A stretch of 64,000 nucleotides of DNA from Actinomycetota bacterium (lineage in GTDB: Bacteria > Actinomycetota > Actinomycetes > Nanopelagicales > Nanopelagicaceae), in the NCBI GenBank assembly GCA_026392945.1, contig JAPLBB010000016.1, positions 4,983 through 68,982 on the forward strand, written 5' to 3'. A program made the position numbers and the translations under genes. Positions 32,318 through 40,724 of this stretch are shown piece by piece (position 1 is the first letter of the stretch; the number at the start of each line of letters is the position of its first letter). The notes below the pieces were generated by a model. It searched no databases. It was not told the DNA's origin and worked only from the letters and a program-made list of their open reading frames with translations.

Positions 32318-32814
32318 TGTCAGTAGTTGTAAGAGCAGCTAAAACCTCTGATATTAAAAAAATTAGGAAGATTGTTGATTCATTTGCTGAACAGCGCAGA
32401 TTACTTTCGAAAGAAACCGTAACACTTTACGAGGGTGTGCAAGAGTTCATCGTTGCTGAAGTTGATGGCGAGGTAGTTGGTTGCGGCGCCCTACATGTAC
32501 TTTGGGAAGATTTAGCAGAGGTTCGAACAGTGGCGGTAGTTGAGTCAATGCATGGCAAAGGAATCGGACATGAAGTTTTAGAAAATATTTTAAATAGAGC
32601 TAAAGAGATTGGTGTGAAAAAAGTATTTTGCTTAACTTTTGAAACTAAATTTTTTGGCGCACACGGTTTTACTGAAATTCAAGGTGCACCCGTTGAGCCA
32701 GATGTTTATGCTCAGTTGCTTCGCTCTTATGATGAAGGAATTGCCGAATTTTTAGACCTTGAGAGTGTGAAGCCAAACACCCTAGGAAATACCAGAATGT
32801 TGAAAATTCTTTAA
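32317..32814 (+). CDS. Amino-acid N-acetyltransferase (short ArgA/Rv2747-like GNAT)
   Basis: GCGALHVLWEDLAEVRTVAV, GKGIG, FCLTFE..FF, NTLGNTRML. Confidence 0.88.
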   Translation: MSVVVRAAKTSDIKKIRKIVDSFAEQRRLLSKETVTLYEGVQEFIVAEVDGEVVGCGALHVLWEDLAEVRTVAVVESMHGKGIGHEVLENILNRAKEIGVKKVFCLTFETKFFGAHGFTEIQGAPVEPDVYAQLLRSYDEGIAEFLDLESVKPNTLGNTRMLKIL

Positions 32815-32820
32815 TCTTTT

Positions 32821-32930
32821 GGGCATAAATGCCCCACTTATGGGGTTATACAGCCATAACCAACCCAATATATGGGTGAGTTATTCACAGCCTAATCGAA
32901 GTGCGCAAGGTCGCCCCTTGGCATTAGGCT
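32821..32930. repeat. Chain of short inverted repeats, a DnaA-box match and a -10 element upstream of clpC
   Basis: GGGCAT/ATGCCC 32821-32834, CCCCA/TGGGG 32832-32845, GGTTAT/ATAACC 32844-32861, ACCCA/TGGGT 32863-32877, TTATTCACA 32881-32889, AGCCTAAT/ATTAGGCT 32889-32930 with inner CAAGG/CCTTG. TAGGCT at 32925-32930. Confidence 0.55.
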
Positions 32931-32958
32931 ATTTACATTAGAGGGAAAGGTAAGACAG

Positions 32959-35460
32959 ATGTTTGAGCGGTTTACAGATCGTGCCAGACGCGTTGTTGTA
33001 TTGGCGCAAGAAGAAGCACGCATGCTCAATCACAATTACATCGGTACTGAACATATTCTTTTAGGTTTAATTCACGAAGGTGAAGGCGTTGCTGCAAAAG
33101 GACTTGAATCACTTGGCATTTCTTTAGAGGCAGTGCGCTCTCAAGTTGAAGAAATTATTGGTCAAGGACAACAAGCACCATCTGGTCATATTCCATTTAC
33201 ACCAAGAGCTAAAAAAGTTTTAGAGCTTTCATTACGTGAGGCATTGCAATTAGGTCATAACTACATCGGTACTGAACATATTCTTTTAGGATTAATTCGC
33301 GAAGGTGAAGGAGTAGCTGCTCAAGTGTTAGTAAAACTTGGTGCAGATCTTTCTCGTGTTCGCCAACAAGTTATTCAATTGCTATCTGGTTATCAAGGTA
33401 AAGAAGCAGTCGCCGCCGGTGGACCTGCCGAAGGTCAACCTTCTACCTCTTTAGTTTTAGATCAATTTGGTCGCAACTTAACTCAAGCAGCGCGTGAAGG
33501 AAAATTAGATCCAGTAATTGGCCGAGAAAAAGAGATTGAAAGAGTTATGCAGGTTCTATCTCGTAGAACAAAAAATAATCCAGTATTAATTGGTGAGCCA
33601 GGAGTTGGAAAGACTGCTGTTGTTGAAGGATTAGCTCAAGCAATTGTTAAAGGTGATATCCCCGAAACACTTAAAGATAAACAACTTTATTCACTAGATC
33701 TTGGTGCACTTGTTGCTGGCTCTAGATACCGTGGTGACTTTGAAGAGCGGTTAAAGAAAGTATTAAAAGAGATTAGAACCCGTGGCGATATTATTTTGTT
33801 TATTGATGAAATTCACACATTAGTTGGAGCCGGCGCTGCCGAAGGTGCGATTGATGCAGCTTCAATTTTAAAGCCAATGCTTGCTCGTGGTGAGTTACAG
33901 ACAATTGGTGCTACTACTCTTGATGAGTACCGCAAACATTTAGAAAAAGATGCAGCTCTTGAGCGTCGCTTTCAACCAATCCAAGTTTCAGAACCAACCG
34001 TTGCGCACACAATTGAAATACTTAAAGGTCTTCGTGATCGTTATGAAAGCCACCATAAGGTTTCGATCTCAGACGGGGCGTTAGTTTCAGCTGCAACTCT
34101 TGCTGATCGCTATGTTTCAGATCGTCATCTGCCAGATAAAGCAATTGATTTAATTGATGAGGCTGGCTCTCGCCTTCGTATTCGTCGCATGACTGTGCCC
34201 CCTGAAATTCGCGAGTTTGATGACAAAATTGCTGCTGCCCGTAAAGAAAAAGAATCAGCAATTGATGGCCAAGATTTTGAAAAGGCAGCATCACTTCGCG
34301 ATAAAGAAAAGAATTTAATAACTGAAAAAGCTGAACGTGAAAAGAACTGGAAGGCTGGCGACCTTGATGTTGTCGCTGAGGTTGATGAAGAGTTAATTGC
34401 TGAAGTGCTATCTACTGCAACTGGTATTCCAGTATTTAAATTAACTGAAGCAGAAACTGCACGCCTACTTCGCATGGAGGATGAATTACACAAACGTGTA
34501 ATTGGTCAGAACCAAGCTATTAAAGCTTTGTCACAAGCAATTCGTAGAACTCGTGCCGGACTTAAGGATCCAAAACGTCCTGGCGGATCATTTATTTTTG
34601 CTGGACCGTCTGGTGTTGGTAAGACTGAGCTTTCAAGAACACTTGCACAATTCTTATTTGGTGATTCTGACGCATTAATCCAGCTTGATATGTCTGAGTA
34701 CTCTGAAAAACACACCGCATCTCGTTTATTTGGAGCACCTCCTGGCTATGTTGGATATGACGAGGGCGGTCAATTAACTGAGAAGGTACGCCGTCGCCCA
34801 TTCTCTGTGGTGCTATTTGATGAGATTGAAAAAGCTCACCCAGATATCTTTAACTCACTACTTCAAGTACTAGAAGATGGTCGCCTAACCGATGCCCAAG
34901 GCCGAGTAGTTGATTTCAAAAACACAATCATCATTATGACTACCAACTTGGGTACTCGCGATATTTCTAAAGCGCTATCACTTGGCTTTGCAAATGTTGC
35001 AGATGCGCAAGGTAGTTATGAGCGCATGAAGGCAAAAGTAGGAGATGAGCTTAAGACTCACTTCCGTCCAGAGTTTTTAAACCGTATTGATGACATCGTG
35101 GTATTCCATCAGTTAACTGAGGCAGAGATTGTTCAAATTGTTGACTTAATGATTGCTCAGTTAGATGAGCGTTTACGTGCAAAAGATATGGGAATTGAAT
35201 TAACTACCGCCGCTAAAGCACTTCTTGCTAAGCGTGGTTATGACCCTGTACTTGGTGCTCGTCCACTGCGTAGAACTATTCAACGCGAATTAGAGGATGT
35301 GCTATCTGAGAAGATGCTATTTGGTGATTTAAAAGCTGGTGAAATTATTTTGGTAGATGTTTCAGATGAGACACCTGAGGCAACCTTTACTTTTAAGGGA
35401 ACTGCTAAAACTGCAATGCCAGATACATTTGAAGATTTAACAGACCCAGCCTCTGCCTAA
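32959..35460 (+). CDS. clpC: ATP-dependent Clp protease ATP-binding subunit ClpC
   Basis: [11 protein letters not shown] start, two Clp-N repeats, two AAA+ modules ([16 protein letters not shown]), UVR middle domain, LGF ClpP-binding loop. Confidence 0.98.
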   Translation: MFERFTDRARRVVVLAQEEARMLNHNYIGTEHILLGLIHEGEGVAAKGLESLGISLEAVRSQVEEIIGQGQQAPSGHIPFTPRAKKVLELSLREALQLGHNYIGTEHILLGLIREGEGVAAQVLVKLGADLSRVRQQVIQLLSGYQGKEAVAAGGPAEGQPSTSLVLDQFGRNLTQAAREGKLDPVIGREKEIERVMQVLSRRTKNNPVLIGEPGVGKTAVVEGLAQAIVKGDIPETLKDKQLYSLDLGALVAGSRYRGDFEERLKKVLKEIRTRGDIILFIDEIHTLVGAGAAEGAIDAASILKPMLARGELQTIGATTLDEYRKHLEKDAALERRFQPIQVSEPTVAHTIEILKGLRDRYESHHKVSISDGALVSAATLADRYVSDRHLPDKAIDLIDEAGSRLRIRRMTVPPEIREFDDKIAAARKEKESAIDGQDFEKAASLRDKEKNLITEKAEREKNWKAGDLDVVAEVDEELIAEVLSTATGIPVFKLTEAETARLLRMEDELHKRVIGQNQAIKALSQAIRRTRAGLKDPKRPGGSFIFAGPSGVGKTELSRTLAQFLFGDSDALIQLDMSEYSEKHTASRLFGAPPGYVGYDEGGQLTEKVRRRPFSVVLFDEIEKAHPDIFNSLLQVLEDGRLTDAQGRVVDFKNTIIIMTTNLGTRDISKALSLGFANVADAQGSYERMKAKVGDELKTHFRPEFLNRIDDIVVFHQLTEAEIVQIVDLMIAQLDERLRAKDMGIELTTAAKALLAKRGYDPVLGARPLRRTIQRELEDVLSEKMLFGDLKAGEIILVDVSDETPEATFTFKGTAKTAMPDTFEDLTDPASA

Positions 35461-36236
35461 TGTCCCTTAAGGGAAAAGTTGCTGTTGTCACTGGTGGCAA
35501 TGGTGGTATTGGTTTTGGGTTTGCTACCGGTCTTGCACAAGCTGGCGCTGATATCGCAATCTGGGCTCGAAATATTGAAAAAAGCGAAGCAGCAGTATTG
35601 AAACTTAAGTCGCTTGGCGTTAATGCAAAAGCGTTTAATGTTGATGTCGCAGATAAAAATCAAATTAATCAAGGAATGATCGATACCGAAAAAGAGTTTG
35701 GCGGCGTAGATATTTTAGTTGCTAATGCTGGCATAAATATTCGTAAGGCCCCAGAAAATTACTTACCAAATGAGGTTGATCAAATAATTAAAGTTAATCT
35801 AACTGGAGTTTTTGATTGCTGCCAAGCAGTTTACCCGGCAATGAAAAAGCGGGGTGGCGGAAAAATTATAACTATTGGTTCGCTAACTAGTGTATTTGGT
35901 TTTGGTATTGCACCAATTTATTCAGCAACTAAAGGTGCGGTTGTGCAACTAACTATGAGTTTAGCTAACGCTTGGGGTCGAGATAATATTCAAGTAAATA
36001 GCGTGCTACCTGGCTGGATTAAAACTGATTTAACTGAACAAACTAGATCTTTGCCAGATTTTGTAGATAAAGTACTTGATAGAACTCCAGCCGGTAGATG
36101 GGGAGAACCAGCAGATTTTGCCGGTATCGCAAAGTTTTTAGGAAGTTCAGATAGTGATTTTATAACTGGTGTTGCAATCCCAGTAGATGGTGGTTTTACC
36201 AGCACTTTATTCTTAGTAGACCCACCAACTAATTAA
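35460..36236 (+). CDS. Short-chain dehydrogenase/reductase (KduD/gluconate 5-dehydrogenase-like)
   Basis: TGGNGGIG, ANAG, YSATK, PGWIKT, RTPAGRWG, VDGG. TAATG overlap with clpC. Confidence 0.85.
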   Translation: MSLKGKVAVVTGGNGGIGFGFATGLAQAGADIAIWARNIEKSEAAVLKLKSLGVNAKAFNVDVADKNQINQGMIDTEKEFGGVDILVANAGINIRKAPENYLPNEVDQIIKVNLTGVFDCCQAVYPAMKKRGGGKIITIGSLTSVFGFGIAPIYSATKGAVVQLTMSLANAWGRDNIQVNSVLPGWIKTDLTEQTRSLPDFVDKVLDRTPAGRWGEPADFAGIAKFLGSSDSDFITGVAIPVDGGFTSTLFLVDPPTN

Positions 36237-37599
36237 TCTTTACCTTACTTATCGCCTGTTCTAACCTGGCTGCCTCAAGTATTTCAATTCCGGCAATCTT
36301 TAAATCACTTCCCATTGGCACAATCGCTCGTTTAAATCCAAGCCGTGCTGCTTCTGAAACTCTCTGAGTAATACCGGTTACTTTTCTAATCTCACCAGCT
36401 AGGCCCACTTCGCCCATCGCAACTAGATCTGCCGGAAGTGCTAATCCTTTAGCAGCAGATGCAACTGAGAGTGCAACCGCAAGATCAGCAGATGGTTCGG
36501 TAATTTTCATTCCACCAACTGTGGCAACATAAACATCTCGACCAGATATTTTAATTCCAGCACGAAGCTCTAGTACTGCAAGTGTCATAGCAGTTCTGGA
36601 GTTATCTAATCCGCTTGTTACTCTTCGAGAGTTACCCCAATCACGACCATCAGAATTACCAACGCCAACTAATGATTGAATCTCAGCAAGTAATGCTCGT
36701 CTTCCCTCTAATGCAACAGTTACACATGTGCCTGGAACTGGGTCGGTATGGCGAGATGTAAACAAACCAGTTGGATCGGGAAGTCCGATAATTCCTGAAT
36801 CATTTAAATCAAAACAACCGACCTCATCGGAAGCACCAAATCTATTTTTAATAGTGCGAATTAACCTTAGGCGAGAATGGCGTTCTCCTTCAAAATTTAA
36901 AACTACATCAACTAAGTGTTCAAGCAAGCGCGGACCAGCGATAGAGCCATCTTTAGTTACATGGCCAACCAAAACTAAAGTAATTGATCGCTCTTTCGCA
37001 ATCCGGATTAACGCTGCTGCAATTTCGCGAACCTGAGTAACGCCACCAGGTGATCCATCCACAGTCGTACTTGAAATAGTTTGAATTGAATCAATTACTA
37101 GTAATTCAGGTTTTACCGAATCAATGTGGGCAATCACTGCGCCAAGATCTGACTCAGCAGCCAGCCACAAATTCTTATCAATTGCATTAAGCCGCTCAGC
37201 TCTTAATCTAACTTGCGAAGCTGATTCCTCACCACTTATATATAGCGAAAGAATTCCTTGTTTTGCAGTCTCTGCTGCCACAGTTAATAACAATGTTGAT
37301 TTACCAACACCTGGCTCACCTGCTAAAAGAATTGCTGCCCCTGGAACTAAGCCACCACCTAAAACTCTATCTAACTCACCAACACCACTAGACCTTGCTT
37401 TAGCACTTGCTAAATCAACATCACCAATTGGTTTTGCTGGGGTAGTAAAAGACCCTGCAACTAGTGAAAGTTTTTTCGGAGCAGCGATCTCTTCAACAGT
37501 GCCCCATGCTTGGCACTCACCACATCTACCAACCCATTTTGTTGCACTCCAACCGCATTCAACGCAACGGAATGGATCTTTTGCTGGTGCTTTTGCCAT
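36229..37599 (-). CDS. radA: DNA repair protein RadA/Sms
   Basis: C4 Zn finger, GEPGVGKST, KNRFG, Lon-like C-terminal domain. Confidence 0.97.
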   Translation of the reverse strand: MAKAPAKDPFRCVECGWSATKWVGRCGECQAWGTVEEIAAPKKLSLVAGSFTTPAKPIGDVDLASAKARSSGVGELDRVLGGGLVPGAAILLAGEPGVGKSTLLLTVAAETAKQGILSLYISGEESASQVRLRAERLNAIDKNLWLAAESDLGAVIAHIDSVKPELLVIDSIQTISSTTVDGSPGGVTQVREIAAALIRIAKERSITLVLVGHVTKDGSIAGPRLLEHLVDVVLNFEGERHSRLRLIRTIKNRFGASDEVGCFDLNDSGIIGLPDPTGLFTSRHTDPVPGTCVTVALEGRRALLAEIQSLVGVGNSDGRDWGNSRRVTSGLDNSRTAMTLAVLELRAGIKISGRDVYVATVGGMKITEPSADLAVALSVASAAKGLALPADLVAMGEVGLAGEIRKVTGITQRVSEAARLGFKRAIVPMGSDLKIAGIEILEAARLEQAISKVKIN

Positions 37600-37625
37600 G
37601 GCGATAATCTAATGGCAAGGACTGA

Positions 37626-38486
37626 CTATCTTTGCTCTTGCGCAGCCTTTGTTGCTGGATGAATTACAAAGAGTGGCAATTCACGTCGTTTTTGTGCTTT
37701 TTTGGTGGCGATGATTGCATCCATGCGAGCATCAGACAATTTCGCTAACTCTTTATAGCCAGCTTCACCCATCATGGCGATTAACTCTGTTTTATTTGAT
37801 TGATAAACTGGGATCTTTCCAGTGTGCGCTTCTGAGTTACTCGTGCAATACCAATCAAAATCATTACCGCCTTCACCCCAAGCTAATCTTTCATACTCAC
37901 CAATTACTACAACAGAAATTTCTTTATCACCCATCTCGCGAGTTTCCCAAGATCTGCGTAGTGGAAGCTGCCAACAAATATCTGGCTTGGTATCGACAAA
38001 GTGCACGCCCTCTTTAACTGCTAAATGATGTAATGCGCAACCAAAAGAACCGGTATAGCCAGGTGCTTCATGGCCAACTCGATTAAGAAAAATACAAGAG
38101 TCTTGCACTTTTTTAGTCTTGCGATCTTTATCTAAACCAATTTCACTAATTGTAAGTTTTCCACCAGATTTTTTAGGACGAGCTTGATCATAAAACTGCC
38201 AATCAGCCCTTGTTAACTTCTTAGCTGCTTTTAAAACTCTGGCTTCATCCTCTTTGCTGGTGTAGTAAGCACCATCGGAACAACATCCAGCATCTGGTTT
38301 GTCAGCATCAATACCGCAACATCCATTTCCATAGATACATTGCCAATATGAAGTTAGCCAGGTCAGATCACATTTAAAGATTTCCTCAGAGTTGTCTGGG
38401 TTTACAAATTCGACCCAGTCCCGTGCAAAATTAGGTGCGACCTCATTCTTAGATAACTTAGATTTTGGTCTTTTTGTCGTTGCCAT
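37626..38486 (-). CDS. Conserved Cys-rich hypothetical protein (DUF3109-like, possible metal or Fe-S binder)
   Basis: C..GNGCC, GCCSDG, SCIFL, GCALH, KPDICWQLP, WYCT. Confidence 0.65.
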   Translation of the reverse strand: MATTKRPKSKLSKNEVAPNFARDWVEFVNPDNSEEIFKCDLTWLTSYWQCIYGNGCCGIDADKPDAGCCSDGAYYTSKEDEARVLKAAKKLTRADWQFYDQARPKKSGGKLTISEIGLDKDRKTKKVQDSCIFLNRVGHEAPGYTGSFGCALHHLAVKEGVHFVDTKPDICWQLPLRRSWETREMGDKEISVVVIGEYERLAWGEGGNDFDWYCTSNSEAHTGKIPVYQSNKTELIAMMGEAGYKELAKLSDARMDAIIATKKAQKRRELPLFVIHPATKAAQEQR

Positions 38487-38542
38487 AGAGCGAAAGTTTA
38501 AGGGTCAGGTGGGGTTAATGACTAATTGGGTAGGCTTAAAGT

Positions 38543-39355
38543 ATGAAGGCATCGCTGGCTGATAAGTGCATTGGATTTATCGGTGTTGGCGTCATGGGCT
38601 CATCACTGATTAAGAGCTTGCTTATATCGTCGGTAAACTCTGATCAGATATGTATCAGTGATAAAAGTAAAGAAAAATCTGATGAGGTTGCTAGTACTAA
38701 TAAAGTTAAGGTTAAAACCATTACCGAAATTGGGATAGATTGCAATGTAATTTTTTTGGCGGTCAAGCCCCAAGATCTTGAGAGTGTATTAAGTGAATTA
38801 AGTCAGAGTTTAAATAAAGAGACACTTTTAATTTCAATTGCTGCCGGAAAAACAACTAAATTTATTGAAAGCAAGCTAGTTAATAAAAACCCAGTTGTAA
38901 GAGTTATGCCTAATACTCCAGCACAAATCGGAAAAGGCGTCAGCGCGATCTCACCTGGTTCTAGCGCAATGAGGGATCATTTGACGCTTACTAAGGATTT
39001 ATTATCAGCAAGTGGATTAGTAGTTGAAGTCGGGGAAGAAAATCAAGACGCAGTTACTGCGCTCAGCGGCTCAGGCCCGGCATACTTTTTTAATTTCATA
39101 GAAGCGATGATCAAATCTGGAATAAATCTTGGCTTGAGTGAAGAGGTTGCTACCCAGTTAGCGATTGGCACAATTACAGGTTCTGCCGCAATGTTGCAAG
39201 AAAGTGGCGTTGATGCAGCAACACTTAGAAAAAATGTGACTAGTCCAAACGGTACAACAGCTGCAGCACTTAAAGTATTTTCTGATAATAATTTAGAGAA
39301 AATTGTTGCTGATGCTATGGCTGCAGCAAAAAAACGTGCTCAGGAGCTGGCTTGA
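38543..39355 (+). CDS. proC: Pyrroline-5-carboxylate reductase
   Basis: GVGVMG, LAVKPQ, RVMPNTP, SGSGPAY, VTSPNGTT. Confidence 0.96.
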   Translation: MKASLADKCIGFIGVGVMGSSLIKSLLISSVNSDQICISDKSKEKSDEVASTNKVKVKTITEIGIDCNVIFLAVKPQDLESVLSELSQSLNKETLLISIAAGKTTKFIESKLVNKNPVVRVMPNTPAQIGKGVSAISPGSSAMRDHLTLTKDLLSASGLVVEVGEENQDAVTALSGSGPAYFFNFIEAMIKSGINLGLSEEVATQLAIGTITGSAAMLQESGVDAATLRKNVTSPNGTTAAALKVFSDNNLEKIVADAMAAAKKRAQELA

Positions 39356-40575
39356 AGAAAGTTTTTTTAATTTTTTTACTAGTTTTTTCATTACAACCAC
39401 TACCGGCAACAGCAGCAGTAATGAAAAGCGCAAAATCAATTATTGAATTGCCATATCTAAAAGCTGATGAAATAAGTGACATCTCATTAACCCCAGTAAG
39501 TATTGTTTTAACTGGTACAACTGAATCAACAACCTCTACCTGGCTAAGTGGCTCACTTGGCGGGTTAAGTGATGGATTTATTGCTAACTACTCATCACTT
39601 GGTGCGCCATTATGGAATTTGCGATTAGGTTCAACTGCAAATGAAATAGCAACCTCTTCAGCAATTGACGTTGATGGCAGCATTTGGGTATTAGGTGCCG
39701 GCACTGCGATTACCACTCCCACACCACCTTCGGCACAAGGCAAAGCATTAAACCCAGATAATGTTGTGTTAGATCCGGCCCAACCAACAAACACACCGCT
39801 TAATCGGATTAAGTTATGGCAAGTAAATAGCGCCGGCAACTTACTTAATACTTTTGAATTAGCTTCTGAAAATATTATTCACCCTAAAAAAATATTAATT
39901 GACGGAGCTAACCTAATTATTATTGGAGATAGCTATGAAAAGTCAGTAGTAAAAGGATTTTATATTTCCGTAACTAAAACTGGAGTATTTTCACCAATTA
40001 TTAAATATGGCATTAAATCCACCCAGATTAACTCTGCGATGAGCAATTCAGATGGAAGTATCACAGCGGTTGGATCAAGTGGGGACTTATTATTAAAAGT
40101 AAAACCACTTAGTAAGACAGATGCAGTTACGTTAAAAATTTCTACAACTGGGGTATTGCAACAGGTAGCGCGGGCAACTTTAAAAAGTACAACTCGAACC
40201 TGGAGTTCAATTGATACCGGTTTATTACAGGGTGGAAAAGTTTCTTACTCAAATAAAACTGAGGCAGCAATAACAAAATTTTCAGCATTAAATAAACCAA
40301 TTTGGAATGTTAGGTATTTATCAAAATCGAGTGCATTGGTGGCAAGTAATAAAAGTTCCTGGGCAACCTTTATTTCTAGCGGAGTAATTAAAGGTATATC
40401 TACCTGGAAGCCAAAAAATGCTACGCCAGTACTTCTTGAGCTTGGCAAAAAGGGCGAGGTAATCTCTGCTTACACACTACCGGCACCTGCGGTTGCAATT
40501 GCTGCCAATAATGAAATCGGTACGGTTGTAATCACCGATTCGGGTGTAAGTTTTGGTTTAGTACTGATTAACTAG
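39352..40575 (+). CDS. Secreted hypothetical protein, probable beta-propeller
   Basis: Signal peptide ending ATAA. Beta-rich Ser/Thr-rich units such as LWNLRLG..SAIDVDGSIWVLG and NSDGSITAVG. TTG start overlaps the proC stop. Confidence 0.6.
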   Translation: MKKVFLIFLLVFSLQPLPATAAVMKSAKSIIELPYLKADEISDISLTPVSIVLTGTTESTTSTWLSGSLGGLSDGFIANYSSLGAPLWNLRLGSTANEIATSSAIDVDGSIWVLGAGTAITTPTPPSAQGKALNPDNVVLDPAQPTNTPLNRIKLWQVNSAGNLLNTFELASENIIHPKKILIDGANLIIIGDSYEKSVVKGFYISVTKTGVFSPIIKYGIKSTQINSAMSNSDGSITAVGSSGDLLLKVKPLSKTDAVTLKISTTGVLQQVARATLKSTTRTWSSIDTGLLQGGKVSYSNKTEAAITKFSALNKPIWNVRYLSKSSALVASNKSSWATFISSGVIKGISTWKPKNATPVLLELGKKGEVISAYTLPAPAVAIAANNEIGTVVITDSGVSFGLVLIN

Positions 40576-40612
40576 TAATCTTGCCTCATAGTAATTTCAC
40601 TAAAGGAGCAAA

Positions 40613-40711
40613 ATGGGTTCAGTAATTAAGAAGCGCCGTAAGAGAATGGCGAAGAAGAAGCATAAAAAACTTCTAAAGAAAACAAGAATTCAACGACGCA
40701 ACGCGAAGTAA
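40613..40711 (+). CDS. 30S ribosomal protein bS22 (AURKAIP1/COX24 family), 32 aa, absent from the ORF track
   Basis: Read directly: [41 protein letters not shown] at 40602-40608. Lies downstream of proC as Rv0500B does. Confidence 0.93.
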   Translation: MGSVIKKRRKRMAKKKHKKLLKKTRIQRRNAK

Positions 40712-40724
40712 TTAATTTCCCTTA

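Noticed and set aside
32821-32930. CRISPR array, tRNA or oriC interpretation of the repeat-rich gap
   Set aside because: There is no repeat-spacer periodicity or cas gene, no tRNA consensus, and only one good DnaA-box match without dnaA/dnaN nearby.
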